From Balanoglossus misakiensis (lineage: Eukaryota; Animalia; Hemichordata): 64,000 bases of DNA. Both the position numbers and the translations under genes were made by a program. Below are positions 63,334-64,000 of the stretch, in pieces. Location: assembly GCA_040954595.2 (NCBI GenBank), contig CM082593.2, positions 8,875,200 through 8,939,199 on the forward strand, in the 5' to 3' direction. Every line of letters begins with the position of its first letter. Position 1 is the stretch's first letter. The notes beneath the pieces were generated by a model. It did not search any database. It saw nothing but the letters and a program-made list of their open reading frames with translations, and had not been told where the DNA came from.

Positions 63334-64000
63334 CTGGAACAGTGACTGGTACAGTTCGCATTCTTACACCAGAAGATGATCAGCACCCTGTGGAAGACAG
63401 TAAAAATGTGCCATGTAATACAGAAAGCCATGGAAAAACTGATCAAGGTAAAAGACATCCTGCGCAATCAACTGCTACCAATCATACCTTGGCACACATT
63501 CAAAAACATACAAGTGGTAAAATGGAGACAGCATATATGAAAAATGACACACTGACAGCTGAAAATGGACATGTTATGAGCAAAGTACATGAGAGTGAGA
63601 GAGATATACCGGTAGAAGAAGTCACAGATATGGACAATACCAACGAGTGCGAAAGACTTGGTGATTCAGAAGACAAGGAAGTCATGACAACAAACATGAC
63701 ACTGACAGAACAGGACAGAGACAAAGTCACGGAAACGGACAATACCAACGAGTGCGAAAGACTTGGTGATTCAGAAGACGAGGAAGTCATGACAACAAAC
63801 ATGACAGAACAGGACAGAGACAAATTCACAGAAACGGACAATACCAACGAGTGCGAAAGACTTGGTGATTCAGAAGACGAAGAAGTCATGACAACAAACA
63901 TGACAGAACAGGACAGAGACAAAGTCACAGAAACGGACAATACCAACGAGTGCGAAAGACTTGGTGATTCAGAAGACGAGGAAGTCATGACAACAAACAT
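63334..64000 (+). CDS. Open plus-strand frame with acidic 33-aa tandem repeats (runs off window)
   Basis: Stop-free frame from ~63336. DNTNECERLGDSEDEEVMTTNMTEQDRDKVTET units at 63633, 63738, 63837, 63936 (periods 105/99/99, all multiples of 3). Confidence 0.55.

Noticed and set aside
63500-64000. Minus-strand 166-aa Ser/Val/Leu-rich ORF
   Set aside because: Antisense shadow of the plus-strand acidic repeat frame.

Overview
AT-rich, intron-containing animal DNA (probably a marine invertebrate; inference from the TE families and splice signals), made almost entirely of nested mobile elements. The centrepiece is a 32.6-kb DNA transposon (20209-52813) with ~765-bp TIRs, TAC...GTA termini and a 6-bp TSD (GTAAAC), the IS3EU signature. 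It carries two convergent, intron-rich genes: a DDE transposase (minus strand) and a G2E3-like HECT E3 ubiquitin ligase with a UIM, a triplicated micro-exon and an upstream PI3K-p85-like SH3 exon (plus strand). The element sits inside the catalytic region of a Crypton tyrosine-recombinase gene, which appears to sit inside a TTAA-flanked MITE. It is itself interrupted by an apparently intact 11-kb Kolobok element (DDE transposase plus P2X7-ballast-like gene). The left part has a second IS3EU-like transposase, several TIR elements/MITEs and a BEN-domain gene. The right part has a PHD exon followed by a young but defective Gypsy element and an adjacent solo LTR. Exon coordinates were read by eye and some may be off by a few bases; no database searches were run.
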